DNA from: an uncultured Planctomycetaceae bacterium
Lineage (GTDB): Bacteria > Planctomycetota > Planctomycetia > Isosphaerales > Isosphaeraceae
Length of the DNA: 64,000 bases
Direction: 5' to 3'
NCBI GenBank assembly: GCA_963833985.1
Contig: CAWIAD010000002.1
Coordinates: 992,001-1,056,000, forward strand
The translations under genes and the position numbers were made by a program. Below the pieces are notes generated by a model that worked only from the letters and a program-made list of their open reading frames with translations, had not been told where the DNA came from and made no database searches. This document shows, in pieces, positions 20,576 to 30,913 of the stretch. Position 1 is the first letter of the stretch; each line of letters opens with the position of its first letter.

Positions 20576-22372
20576 TCACGGCGCATCAGCGACGGTCGCG
20601 TCCTGCGGCTGATCAAGATGTGGCTGGAAACACCGGTGGAAGAAACCGACGGGAAGGGGCAGCGCCATCGAACGACCCGGAATAAAGACCAGGGGATGGG
20701 TACACCGCAAGGTGCACCGATCACGCCCCCAACAATGTTGCGAACTACGTTGTTGGGGGCCTTTCTCAAAAGGGGACGGACTGACCCGATACACGATGCG
20801 GACCTCCTGCTCGTCGATCTCGACCTTCTTCACCAAGGCCCGAACCACCTCCCGTCGCGTGGCCCAGTCCGGCTCTTGCAACCCTTGCGAGACGCGACGT
20901 GCGAACTCCTCCAACTGACCGATCACCAGTCGCAATTCCGCCTCTTGGGCGGCCTCGCCGATTCGTTGTCGATGCTCCTCCGCCAATCTCGAGAGGCGCG
21001 TCCTTGCCGCCGAGATCCGGGGCTCGAACTCCGATTTGTCGAGCAACCCGTCGCCGTAAGCATCGATTAATCGAGAAATCATCTTTTTCACATTATTTAT
21101 CAATTTGCCGAGATGCTCCACCTCCTGATTCGGCCCGCCCTGGGCACCCTGCAGCCGCCGCTCGTACTCCTCCCGGACCCGCTCCGGCTCGGACAGGAGA
21201 CCTCGTAAGTCCTCCCAGACGGCAGCGTCAAGGATATCGGTGCGGATCTGCTTGTTCCAGCAGAGGCGCTGCCCGCCGAAACGATAGGCGTCAGAGCCCG
21301 TGCAACGGTAGTACGCGTAGCGGACCCTACCCTTGCCCTCGAACGCGGCTCGGCTCGTCGGCTTGCCGTAGCAGCCGTAGCCGCAGCGCTTGCAGACGAC
21401 CAGGCCCTGGAGCAGATATCGGCCACCGCCGGGCCGGTCGCGACGGCGTTGCCGGTTCTCTTCAAGCTGGGCCTGGACAGCCAGGAAGAGGTCTTCGCTC
21501 ACCAGCCCGGGGACTTCAATGAAGATTTGATCTTCCGAGGATGTATCAACCCGTGAGACCGGTCGCCGGGAGTGTTCGGGGCGGCCTCGCTGCGGGCGGA
21601 GGCGTTGAGGTTTGAACTCACCTGAGCGCGTCTTGCCGAAGGCCGCGGTCCCCTTGTAGGCAGGGTTCTTGAGGATCAACCAGACCGTCGCGCGATCCCA
21701 GGCCGATTTCCCGGTCCGCGTCGGGATACTGTCGCGCCGGAGGCGTCGGCACACCTCGCCGATCGAGCACCGTTCCTGACCCACCCATTCGAAGATCTTC
21801 CGCACGACCCGGGACTCTTCAGCGAGGACCTGATAACGCGCCTCGCCACCTCCCTCGTGCTTGCCGATGTAACGGTAGCCGTACGGCGCGCCGCTGAGGA
21901 CGTTGACCGAACCGCGGCGGGCGGCGTGTTGCTTGCCCCTGCGGCAACGCTCCATGATCTTGGCGCGCTCGTATTCCGCGATCATTCCCTGGACCTGAAG
22001 CAGCAGGTCGGCTTCCGGACTGCGGCCGACGGGGTTGCGCAAGAAGACGACCTCGACACCGCACCGGATAAGTTCCTCAAGGATCAAGACCTGATAGGCA
22101 TACTTGCGTGAAAGTCGATCCGGATCGAGCATATAGAGGCGGTCGATGGCTCCAGCGGCGGCTTGGTCCCGAAGTCGCTCGAGTGCCGGTCGGGCCAGGA
22201 TGTAACCGCTGACGCCGTCGTCCACGAAGTGCAGTTCGGGCTCGCATTCCAAGCCATCAGTGGCGATCCGCTGAGTGACCGCCTCGAGCTGGCTGGCGAT
22301 CGTGTCCTCCTTCTCCTGCTGCTCCCCCGAAACCCGGGCGTAGAGCGCCACGCGGAGATTGTCCGTGATCAT
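20576..22372 (-). CDS. Large serine recombinase (resolvase + recombinase + Zn-ribbon/coiled coil)
   Basis: ALYARVS catalytic Ser, DDGVSG, DRLSR, PYGY, LKNPAYKG, and CKRCG...YYRC..C. The last ~48 codons lie outside the element, antisense to the RT. Confidence 0.92.
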   Translation of the reverse strand: MITDNLRVALYARVSGEQQEKEDTIASQLEAVTQRIATDGLECEPELHFVDDGVSGYILARPALERLRDQAAAGAIDRLYMLDPDRLSRKYAYQVLILEELIRCGVEVVFLRNPVGRSPEADLLLQVQGMIAEYERAKIMERCRRGKQHAARRGSVNVLSGAPYGYRYIGKHEGGGEARYQVLAEESRVVRKIFEWVGQERCSIGEVCRRLRRDSIPTRTGKSAWDRATVWLILKNPAYKGTAAFGKTRSGEFKPQRLRPQRGRPEHSRRPVSRVDTSSEDQIFIEVPGLVSEDLFLAVQAQLEENRQRRRDRPGGGRYLLQGLVVCKRCGYGCYGKPTSRAAFEGKGRVRYAYYRCTGSDAYRFGGQRLCWNKQIRTDILDAAVWEDLRGLLSEPERVREEYERRLQGAQGGPNQEVEHLGKLINNVKKMISRLIDAYGDGLLDKSEFEPRISAARTRLSRLAEEHRQRIGEAAQEAELRLVIGQLEEFARRVSQGLQEPDWATRREVVRALVKKVEIDEQEVRIVYRVSPSPFEKGPQQRSSQHCWGRDRCTLRCTHPLVFIPGRSMALPLPVGFFHRCFQPHLDQPQDATVADAP

Positions 22373-22737
22373 GGTTTGTCAAACCCCCCCGACCTTGGAC
22401 TGGATAGTGTGGACCACAGTCGCGTGGTTGCGGCTGGGTCGCGGCCGATCCAGGCGCTGCGAAACGACCGGGATCAAGACCTGATATGCACGCGCGATCA
22501 ATTGCTCCTGAAGCCGAGTGAACTCGAAGTGGCGGGTGACAGGAGGACTGAACGTGGGCCTCCGTGGGGACGTGATCATGTCGACTCCTCCTCTCCGAGA
22601 GCGCGGCCGCCAGCCTGCCTTGGATCGGGATCGAGTCGGGGCTGCCATCCGTGCCCGTACTTCGGTCGAAGCCGCGATCTGGAAATGACAGAGTCAGGAA
22701 TCAGGGACGATTTTGCAACATTGTTGGGGGCGTGATC
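20719..22737 (-). mobile_element. 2.0-kb large-serine-recombinase element with 23-bp perfect inverted ends and GATC core
   Basis: GATCACGCCCCCAACAATGTTGC (20719-20741) is the exact reverse complement of 22715-22737. GATC occurs once in the reconstructed target and at both junctions. Confidence 0.9.
22379..22579 (-). CDS. 66-aa basic accessory protein of the recombinase element
   Basis: GAGGAGG RBS. Stop lies 6 nt before the recombinase ATG. Core FEFTRLQEQLIARAYQVLIP. Confidence 0.6.
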   Translation of the reverse strand: MITSPRRPTFSPPVTRHFEFTRLQEQLIARAYQVLIPVVSQRLDRPRPSRNHATVVHTIQSKVGGV

Positions 22738-25057
22738 TCACCATTGTTGTCAAACATCTACATGCGACGATTTGTGAAGGGATGGAAGACTGGTGGACAC
22801 GAGCGGCGTCTGGTCGCGCGAATCGTCAACTATGCGGACGACTTCGTCATCTGCTGTCGCGGCACGGCCGAAGAGGCCATGACGGTGATGCGGAAGATGA
22901 TGTCCAGGCTGAAGTTAACGGTGAACGAGACCAAGACGCGGCTGTGCCACCTGCCTGAGGAGACGTTCGACTTTCTGGGTTATACCCTCGGCCGGAACTA
23001 CGACCGACGAACGGGCCGATCCTACATAGGGTCACGCCCATCGCGGAAGAAGATCATTCGGCTGTGCAGCGAGATCAGTGCGATGACGACGCGCCAGACC
23101 ACTGGACAGGACGTCGAGATGCAGATTGGTCGGATCAATCGCAAGTTACGCGGTTGGTCCAACTATTTTCGCATCGGAACGGTGAGCCCAGCCTATCGCC
23201 AAGTCAACCACCACGTCCGCTACCGGGTACGTCAGTGGTTGTGTGCGAAGTTCAAGGTGCCGGGTCAGGGGCTCAGACGCTACCCTGACAGATACCTGCA
23301 CCAGGAGTTGCATCTTTACCAGCTGCAACGAACCTAGCCGCGATGGTTTCGTGAGCGAACGTGTGAACTCAACCGATGAGACAAGCCTTGTCCGAAAGCT
23401 GGATGCGGGAAAACCGCCCGTCCAGTTTGATGAGCGGGGTGTGGAAACGAGGCCCAGCCGAGCCATCGACTCGAGCCCACCGCGCCACACCTCGACTCTA
23501 CGTTCGCCTGCCCGGGGCTAAGAGCCAGGCGTGGCCGCCGTCCTCGTGGGGTACGATTCCAGTCGTGCCATTCCTGGTCCATCAACTAGTAGCCGTTCAC
23601 GGGCCTATGGTGACTCCCGTTCAGATCTGAACCAGCAACGGCATCCGTTGGGCAACCTGTCTGCAAGATGCTCATGGCTTTCCCGAAAAGGCATCGGTGT
23701 CGTCGGACCGACGCGCACAATCCCGTGCTCGATGCTTCGGTTGAGTCGACCGAAGCCATTATTCCCAATTGACCCATGTCTCTCTCGATCGCCTTTTTGT
23801 GGCTCTCAAGACCCGCCGCACCTCGGCGGAGGCCGGCGCCCGGCCGGCCGTCGTCCTCGGCTGAGGGGTGACCCGGGCTCTGGCCGCCGAGCTGCTGGCA
23901 GTGCCAGAAGCGGCCATGGTCACGCTGGCGGAGAAGCAACGTATTGCTAAATTGCAAAAGTTATAAATAGCACTGAGTGTTGGCAGATGGAGCGAGCCCG
24001 TCGACGGGGAGCTGCGCCTGGCCGGCAGACTGGCGCAATACGAAACCCGGTGCCGCCCGATGGTCTGCTACGACCCACGAAGCAACCACCGGCGACTCTT
24101 CGAGCAGCCGCGGTGCCCGTGCGCCGAGGGACTCGATGCCGAGGTCCCGACCGCCGAGGCGGGCGGATCGCTTCACCTCGCCGATCATCCGACGGCTGGC
24201 CTGCCGAGGGAACCTGCCCCGGCGTGGGCGCCGCGGGAGCCCGACGGCGCCGGGCCGGGACGCGTACCGCCCGATGGGCCCAGCGAATCGCTTGGGGTCC
24301 CACGGGACAGGGTCAGGGTGCGGCGGTGGCCGGGATCAGTCTGCTTGATGGGTAGGAGGATACCGAGTGCCATCATGAGATCCCGGTCCGGCCGTCGGGG
24401 CCACGGCGATTGAGACCCGCCGCCGCCTTTATTCGCCATTCGGAAGACCATTGGCCCGACCATTCCGGCAGCGGCCTCGCGGCGAAGGACGCATTCCTGT
24501 TTTCGCACTGCCTCTCCCATGACATGAGAGTGCATCGCTGTCCGCTCATTCTCGCGTTCAGCGTCTCGCCGGCGCAGACGTACCACTTCGAGCCGATGTC
24601 TTCCACGACGTAACCGACGTCATGCCGGAGTATGTTGACCTGATCGGCCGCATCGAAGCGATTCGCACCGGGCGAGCGCTCAAGCAGGAGATCCGTTGGG
24701 AATTCCGAACGCTCAGCGGCGGGCCGACACTCCCGTTGACCCAGCACGGCATGATCCGGCTGGCCGAGGTGCTGCGCTGGGGCGATATGGCGGGCTGTCA
24801 GTTCGCGATTGGATTCAAGACCGTATGGGGCCGGCGCCGCGGGCCATAACTCTTTTGACGACGTGAGCCGGCGGGGACTCTGACGATCACCAGGGATTGG
24901 CTCCTGCTGCCGCGCCGGATTCGCTGTGGCCCGCGGCGCTAAGATCCTCGGGTGAATCGAGGCGCCGCCATGGATCGCCCCCGACGAGCCCCCCCAGAGA
25001 GGGATGCGGCATGAGCGCCGGCCGGGCCCACGCCGATCGGTCGAGCCGTCCGGATCC

Positions 25058-25369
25058 TCAATCGGGAGCGGGGACCTCGAGGTCGAGGATCAGCGAGCTG
25101 AGGCACTTGCCGTGCGCGTCCAGCGCCAGCGACCGCGTGACCCCGCCACCCAGGGCGCGGTGGAGCACGAAGTTCAGGGCCCCGAGTTTCGGCAGGGCGT
25201 AGCGGACGACCTCGCCCGCGACGATCCCGGTGAGGTGGGCGCGCACGAGCTCGGCCGTGACGTGCCGCTCCAGGTGCGGATAGTGCGCCGGGTCGTACGC
25301 GATTACCGAGACGTTGGACGTATCGCCCTTGTCGCCGGCGCGCGAGTGGGCCAGGGTGCCGAGCCTCAT
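25058..25369 (-). CDS. AtuA-related small protein
   Basis: AHSRAGDKGD ... ALGGGVTRSLALDAHGK. Confidence 0.8.
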   Translation of the reverse strand: MRLGTLAHSRAGDKGDTSNVSVIAYDPAHYPHLERHVTAELVRAHLTGIVAGEVVRYALPKLGALNFVLHRALGGGVTRSLALDAHGKCLSSLILDLEVPAPD

Positions 25370-25370
25370 G

Positions 25371-26709
25371 TCAGGTGACCTCGTAGTGGACGACCGGCCG
25401 GGCCAGGTCCCGCGGCACGAGGGCCGAGAACATCGCGATGACCTCCCGGGCCGACTTCGTCACGCCGCCACCGGCGGCGGGCCCGTTGGTGTACAGCGCC
25501 TCCACCTCGTTGCCGATGCGGACGGCGTCCCGGTGCGTCGACGTCCTGGCCGCCACCCGCGCGGACCTCGGAGGGGCGGGCATCGGCCGCGGGCGGACGT
25601 GGGCCCGGGATGGCGTCGAGCCCGATCAGGTCGCAGCGGATCTCCTCGGCGGCCACGCCGGCCAGCTCCAGCCGGCGGACGACGACCTCCAGCGCGAGCC
25701 GGCCGCGCACCGCCGCGTCGGGCCCGGCGTAGGAGATCTGGCCCTCGCCGATGAACCCGTCCCGGCAGCCAATCGACGCCTTCAGGCGCTCGGGCCGGGC
25801 GCGGCCGGCGCCACCCCGAACCAGGACGCGGTCGGGGCCCGCCTCGGTCAGCGTCACCCCGGACAGGTCGGCCGTCGCGTCGGGCGTGAGGTACGCGGTC
25901 GGGTCGTGGATCTCGTAGAGGAGCTGCTCTTTGCAGGTCGCGAGCGTCACCCGCCCGCCCGAGCCCGGGACCTTGGTGATGACGGCCGAGCCGTCCTCGC
26001 CGACCTCCGCCAGCGGGAAGCCGAGCCGCGCCAGGTCGGGGACCCGCTTCCGGGCGAGGTCGGCGAAGTAGCCGCCCGTGACCTGGCCGGCGCACTCGAG
26101 GAGGTGGCCGACGACCGTGCCCTGACCGAGCCGGTCCCAGTCGTCCAGGGACCAGCCGAACTCGTGGACGAGCGGGGCGAGGAACAGGGCCGGGTCAGCC
26201 ACCCGTCCGGTGATGATGACGTCGGCCCCGCGGCCCAGGGCCTCGAGCAGCGGCGGGATGCCGAGGTAGACGTTCGCCGACACCAGCCGGTCGCCGAGCG
26301 CGGCGACGGGCTCGCCCGTCTCGAGGAGGGTGAAGTCCCCGCCCACGACCTCTCGCAGGACGTCATCCCCGGTGACCGCGGCGATCGCCAGCCCGCCCAA
26401 CCCGTGGCGTCGGGCGACTTCCTTGATCACGGCCGCGCCCGCGAGCGGATTGGCCGCTCCCATGTTGGTCAGGATGGTGATGCCCTTGCGGGCGCAGGTG
26501 GGAAGGACCGCCTCCATCCGCTCCTCCAGGAGCGGGTCGTAGCCCCGGGCGGGGTCCCGCAGCCGCTCCTGCTGGGCCAGCGCGATGGTCCGCTCGGCCA
26601 GGCACTCGAAGGCCAGGTACCGGAGGTCGCCCCGCTCGGCCAGTTCGACCGCCGGCTCGATGCGGTCGCCCGAGTACCCCGCGCCCGAGCCGATCCGGAT
26701 CGTCTTCAT
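25371..26709 (-). CDS. Acyclic terpene utilisation AtuA-family (DUF1446) protein, frameshift near 25560
   Basis: GAGYSGDR, ECLAERT, GHLLECAGQ, EQLLYEIHDP. The C-terminus (LYTNGPAAGGG) is in another frame. Confidence 0.85.
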
Positions 26710-26742
26710 GGGGATGGTTCCTGGCCGCGAGGCTGGCCATGC

Positions 26743-28041
26743 TCAGGGGGGGAAGACGCCGAGGGCGACGCACGCGAAGGTCATCAGGACCGACGCGCCG
26801 AGGAGATAGGGCGCGGCGAACTTCTGATGCTCCGCCAGGTCCACCCGGGCCAGGCCGACGACGAGGAAGGTCGCCGGGGTCAGCGGGCTGACCGGGAAGC
26901 CGGTGGTCATCTGGCCCAGCAGCGCCGCCTGCCCGAGCTGGACCGGGGGCACCCCCCGCAGCTCGCCGGCCTCCGCCAGCACGGGCAGGATCCCGAGGTA
27001 GAAGGAGTCCGGGTCGAACAGCAGGCTCAGGGGCATCGAGGCGATCCCGAGCAGGAACGGCAGGTGATGGGCGTGCCCCGTGGGCAGGAGCCGGACGGAG
27101 GCCTGGGCCATCGCGCCGAGCATGCCAGTGCCCTGCATGATACCGGTGAACGCGCCGGCGGCCAAGAGGATGCTCGCCATCAGGAGTGCCGCCGACGCGT
27201 GCGCGTCGACGCGTGCGCGCTGGAGGGCCGCGCCGGGATAGTTGATAACCAGCGCCAGGGCGACCCCGGCCATGAACCCCACGACGGGCTCGAGCGTGCC
27301 CGCCACCATCGCCCCCATCAGGACGACCGTCAGGGCCAGATTCACCCGGAAGAGCCGCGGCCGTCGGAGGGCCCGTTCCGCCTCGGTCAACTCGCGTCGG
27401 CAGGCCGGGGCCTGTCCAAGGCGACCCGCCAGCCCGAGCCGACGCGCCTCGCGCCGGCCGAGCCGGTAGGCGACCGCGAACACGTAAGCCAGGCCGATCG
27501 CCTGCACCGGGATGAGTGGGCGGAACAACTCGGCCGCGGGGATGCGCAGGGCCGCCGAGGCGCGGATCATGGGCCCCGTCCAGGGCAGGAAGTTGACGCC
27601 CGCGGCCATCGAGGCGACTCCGGCGAGGATGCGCCGGTCCATCCCGAGCCGCTCGTACATCGGCAGCATCGCCGGGATCGTGACCAGGAACGTCACCGCC
27701 CCGGAGCCGTCGAGGTGGACCAGCAGGGCCAGCAGCGCCGTGCCGGGGACGATCCGCGTCGGCCGGCCGCCGGCGGCGCGGAGGATGCGATCGATGATCG
27801 GGTCGAGCAGGCCGGCGTCGGCCATGATGCCGAAGTAGAGGATCGCGAAGACGAACATGCCCGCCACCGGGGCGACCTCGCGGATCCCGCCGACGATGAA
27901 GGCCCCGGTCTTCGCCCCGAAGCCGCCCAGGAGCGAGGCGGCCGTCGGGACCGCGATCAGCGCTACCAGCGGCGACATCCGACGCGTGAGGACGGACGCC
28001 AACAACGCCAGGATCGTCAGTAGGCCCAGGGTCGCGAGCAT
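26743..28041 (-). CDS. Citrate:H+/metal symporter, CitMHS family
   Basis: [34 protein letters not shown] and [10 protein letters not shown]. Confidence 0.88.
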   Translation of the reverse strand: MLATLGLLTILALLASVLTRRMSPLVALIAVPTAASLLGGFGAKTGAFIVGGIREVAPVAGMFVFAILYFGIMADAGLLDPIIDRILRAAGGRPTRIVPGTALLALLVHLDGSGAVTFLVTIPAMLPMYERLGMDRRILAGVASMAAGVNFLPWTGPMIRASAALRIPAAELFRPLIPVQAIGLAYVFAVAYRLGRREARRLGLAGRLGQAPACRRELTEAERALRRPRLFRVNLALTVVLMGAMVAGTLEPVVGFMAGVALALVINYPGAALQRARVDAHASAALLMASILLAAGAFTGIMQGTGMLGAMAQASVRLLPTGHAHHLPFLLGIASMPLSLLFDPDSFYLGILPVLAEAGELRGVPPVQLGQAALLGQMTTGFPVSPLTPATFLVVGLARVDLAEHQKFAAPYLLGASVLMTFACVALGVFPP

Positions 28042-28094
28042 CGCTTCGTCCGCCTCCATCGCCGGGAGCTTCCCGGGCCGCCAGGGGTGTACGG

Positions 28095-28352
28095 CTATCG
28101 CAGCACGTCGCCCGTCTCCGCGGCGGCGGCGATGCGGTCGCGGTCGTCGGGCCGGAGGAACCCCGCCAGGAGGAGGGCATCGGCCGCATCCCGGACCGCG
28201 GCCGCGTAGCCGGCATGGGTCCCGTATCGCTCCTCGAGCGCCGGGCGACTGTCGCCGGCTGGCCGAACCGTGAGCACGGCCAGCGCCGCGAGCCCGAGAA
28301 GTCGAAGGCGGGACCTGCCTCGGCCATCCACAAGAGATCGGTAGCGCATCAT
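28095..28352 (-). pseudogene. Internally deleted secreted alpha/beta-hydrolase-domain gene (signal peptide joined to extreme C-terminus)
   Basis: An N-terminal signal-like segment is followed directly by [17 protein letters not shown]....[14 protein letters not shown], which resembles the C-terminus of a much longer protein family. Confidence 0.55.
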
Positions 28353-28405
28353 CGCTCGTTCCTGGTCGAGTGGCGTTGGCGAAGCCGCGCGGGCCGGAAT
28401 CCCGA

Positions 28406-29578
28406 CTAATCCTGGAACAGCAGCGGCGCGAACTGGTAGAGGCTCCGCCGCCAGGTCTGCCACTCGTGCGCCGTGTTCGGGGATTCGTAGTAGGTGTTCT
28501 TGATGCCCAGCTTTTCTAGCGCTTCGTGGTTCGCCTTTGCGGCGGCGGTGTTCTCCTTGCTGCCGTAGCTGACGAACAGCACCTTGACCTTCTGCTTGAA
28601 GGCCGCCGGGTCGGCCAGCGCGGGATCATTCGCTGCGATGCTGCCGCCGCTGAAAAGCCCGATGTGCGAGAACTTGTCGAGGTTGGCCAGCGTGATCTGC
28701 CTGGTCTGCCCGCCGCCCATCGATAGCCCAGCCATGGCCCGATGCGGCTGGTCGGCGAGCGTGCGATAATTGGCATCGATAAAGGGGATCAGCTCGTCGG
28801 TCATGATCTTCGCGAAGGCGGAGAAGTCAAATCTCGGGCGGCCGGGGACCCTGCCGGCCCCGCTAGCCCCGCCGGGGGCGGGGGGAGCAGTACGTCGCGG
28901 CCCGCTGGCGAAGTTGTTGCCGCCGTTGTCCATCACAATGATGAACGGCCTGCACTTGCCCTCCGCGATGAGGTTGTCCATGATCAGGGTCGCACGCCCC
29001 TGATTCCCCCACCCGGTCTCGTCTTCGAACGCGCCGTGCTGCAAATACAACACCGGATACCGTGCGCCGGTGTCCTTGTCATAATCGGGCGGTGTGTAGA
29101 CGAAGCAGCGGCGCGTGGTGTTGGTGCTCCTGGAGAAGTACAGGCTCTGGCGGAGCTGGCCGTGCGGGACGTCCTTGACGGCATAGGAGTCCTCGTCCTG
29201 GGCCGGGATCTCGATGGCGCTGCCCCAGCGGCCGGCGCCGTAGAAGGACTTGCTGCCGGGGTCCGGAACGTCGGCGCCGTCGATGTTGATCCGGTAGTAA
29301 TGAAACCCCTCGTCCAGGGGGCGCGTGGTGCCGACCCAGGCGCCGTCTTCGCCCTTTGTCAGAGTGATTCCGCCCCACTCGGGCACCCGTACACTCTGGG
29401 CCTGAGGCGCGACGATCCGGAAGCGGGCGCGGCGCTCGGAGTTGACCTGGGGGTACTCCTTGCCGCCCTGGTTGGAGGACGCCGGCTTGAAATCCTCCAC
29501 CGCCGGCGCGGTCTGGGCCGGCGCGATTTGACCACCTAGCAGGGGCAGCAACACGAAACCCAGCGACGCTGCTCTCAT
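28406..29578 (-). CDS. CE1-type esterase with N-terminal Ig-like (CBM48-like) domain
   Basis: Signal peptide, [23 protein letters not shown] nucleophile elbow, and HEWQTWR. Confidence 0.88.
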   Translation of the reverse strand: MRAASLGFVLLPLLGGQIAPAQTAPAVEDFKPASSNQGGKEYPQVNSERRARFRIVAPQAQSVRVPEWGGITLTKGEDGAWVGTTRPLDEGFHYYRINIDGADVPDPGSKSFYGAGRWGSAIEIPAQDEDSYAVKDVPHGQLRQSLYFSRSTNTTRRCFVYTPPDYDKDTGARYPVLYLQHGAFEDETGWGNQGRATLIMDNLIAEGKCRPFIIVMDNGGNNFASGPRRTAPPAPGGASGAGRVPGRPRFDFSAFAKIMTDELIPFIDANYRTLADQPHRAMAGLSMGGGQTRQITLANLDKFSHIGLFSGGSIAANDPALADPAAFKQKVKVLFVSYGSKENTAAAKANHEALEKLGIKNTYYESPNTAHEWQTWRRSLYQFAPLLFQD

Positions 29579-29701
29579 AACGGTGCTCCTCGGTCCTGAA
29601 ACAAAGGTCGGGCCAACGGACTCAAGATGATGGGGTAGCTGTCCCGTTACGCCGGATGCGGTGCGCGCTGCGGGTCGCAGCGCGCAATGCGAGCAACTCG
29701 G

Positions 29702-30832
29702 TTACACCGGGAACTGCCACGGGTCGCGGCGCGGCCGGGACAGCATCTGGTTGGCCTCCGCGTCATCGAATTGATGCTTGACGGGGTCCCACTTCAGCTT
29801 CTTGCCCGTCCGCAGCGCGATCATGCCGATGTGGCTTTCGATCACCGAGCCGCCACCGACCGTGGCGTTGCAGATCGGCGGCTTGCGGCTCTTGACGCAA
29901 TCGACGAAGTTCTGCATCTGGTTGGAGGGCTCGGACGCCTTGAGCACTTCCACGGCGATGGGACCGCTGCCGTCTTTGTTCAGGGCCCACTGCGCGACGT
30001 CCAGGTGGTGGGCGCCCCAGTCGGTCATCTTGCCGCCGGAGTAGTCGTACCACCAGCGGAATTCGTAGTGGCAATTCGACTGGTTGCCCTTCTTGCGACA
30101 GGGGACCTTCGGGGTCAGGCCAAGCCAGAGGTCCCAGTCCAGTCCTTCGGCGACGGGCGTTTTCGGGAGCGGACCGCTCGTCGGCCTGCCGTTGAGGCGG
30201 CGCTCGATGCTCCGGATCTTGCCGAGGCGGCCGGCGCGGACCTGCTCGACCGCCAGGCGGAACAGGCCGCGGAAGTCGGTGCGCTGCTGGCTGCCGGTTT
30301 GCAGGATGCGGCCGGTGTCCTTGACCGCCTTCTGGACCGCCAACGACTCTGCGACGGTCAGCGTCAGCGGCTTCTCGCAGTAGACGTCCTTGCCGGCCTT
30401 GAGTGCCTCGATGGCCACCTGGGCGTGCCAGTGGTCGGGCGTGGCGACGAGCAGGCAGTCGAGGGACTTGTTGCCCACGAGGTCTCGGAAGTGCTCGGTG
30501 CTGGCTTCGAAGTCCTTGAACCCTCTCTGGCGCATCACATCAGTGGAGCGCTTGCGATGGGCGGCAGTCACGTCGCAGCCGAGGGTAAATGTCAACTGTC
30601 CGGCGTCCACAGATGGGCGCGACTCGCCGACGACCTGCAAGCCGCGGCTCTGCGGACTGCCGATGCCGACGATGCCCATGGCGAGGCGATCGTTGGCTGA
30701 CGACTTCTTGACTGCACCCTCCTCCTGGGCGGCCAGAAGCTGCTGGGCATACCAGGTCGGCAGCCCCGCGATGGCGAGCGCTGCCAGCGATCGCTCGGGG
30801 AAACCCCGCCGAGATAAAGGCCTCCTTTCCAC
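29702..30832 (-). CDS. Tat-exported Gfo/Idh/MocA oxidoreductase, probably internally deleted
   Basis: SRRGF Tat motif, [13 protein letters not shown] and DWGAHHLD. The C-terminal domain looks short at [12 protein letters not shown]. Confidence 0.75.
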   Translation of the reverse strand: MERRPLSRRGFPERSLAALAIAGLPTWYAQQLLAAQEEGAVKKSSANDRLAMGIVGIGSPQSRGLQVVGESRPSVDAGQLTFTLGCDVTAAHRKRSTDVMRQRGFKDFEASTEHFRDLVGNKSLDCLLVATPDHWHAQVAIEALKAGKDVYCEKPLTLTVAESLAVQKAVKDTGRILQTGSQQRTDFRGLFRLAVEQVRAGRLGKIRSIERRLNGRPTSGPLPKTPVAEGLDWDLWLGLTPKVPCRKKGNQSNCHYEFRWWYDYSGGKMTDWGAHHLDVAQWALNKDGSGPIAVEVLKASEPSNQMQNFVDCVKSRKPPICNATVGGGSVIESHIGMIALRTGKKLKWDPVKHQFDDAEANQMLSRPRRDPWQFPV

Positions 30833-30913
30833 GTTCCACCTCCCTTTATTACTGGTCCTTGACCGATGGGGGATATAGGCGTCGCCGATCGCCCGGCGGG
30901 CCGGTGTATCCCG

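Larger units (their letters stand above)
20024..23337 (+). pseudogene. ltrA: Group II intron RT/maturase (LtrA-like, no HNH domain), interrupted at 20723-22737
   Basis: APGIDG, RPLGIP..KDRVVQ, VVDADLSGYFDSI, GTPQGAPI|SPLLSNIY, NYADDF, FDFLGY and LRGWSNYF. Joining 20024-20722 to 22738-23337 gives an open 432-aa frame. Confidence 0.92.
19493..23501 (+). mobile_element. Group II intron (contains the recombinase element in its ORF)
   Basis: 5' GTGCG at 19493. Domain V AAGCTGGATGCGGGAAAACCGCCCGTCCAGTTTG (23396-23429). Domain VI ending CTCGACTCTAC at 23501. Internal RT/maturase ORF. Confidence 0.9.

Noticed and set aside
22580..22714. Bridge/guide RNA in the element's non-coding end
   Set aside because: No convincing match to the target flanks (at most 5 nt), and the enzyme is a serine recombinase, not IS110-type.
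20024..23337. RT as a retron, DGR or RT-recombinase fusion protein
   Set aside because: It has group II domains V/VI and a maturase region. The recombinase is antisense and bounded by its own ends. No TR/VR pair was seen.
23502..24950. Short ORFs and an AT-rich patch (23941-23975) downstream of the intron
   Set aside because: No recognisable motifs; probably decayed sequence that I cannot assign.
25438..28023. Long antisense ORFs (e.g. 25438-28023, 14669-17011, 12300-13868, 48684-50384)
   Set aside because: These are shadow ORFs opposite well-supported genes, as expected in high-GC DNA.
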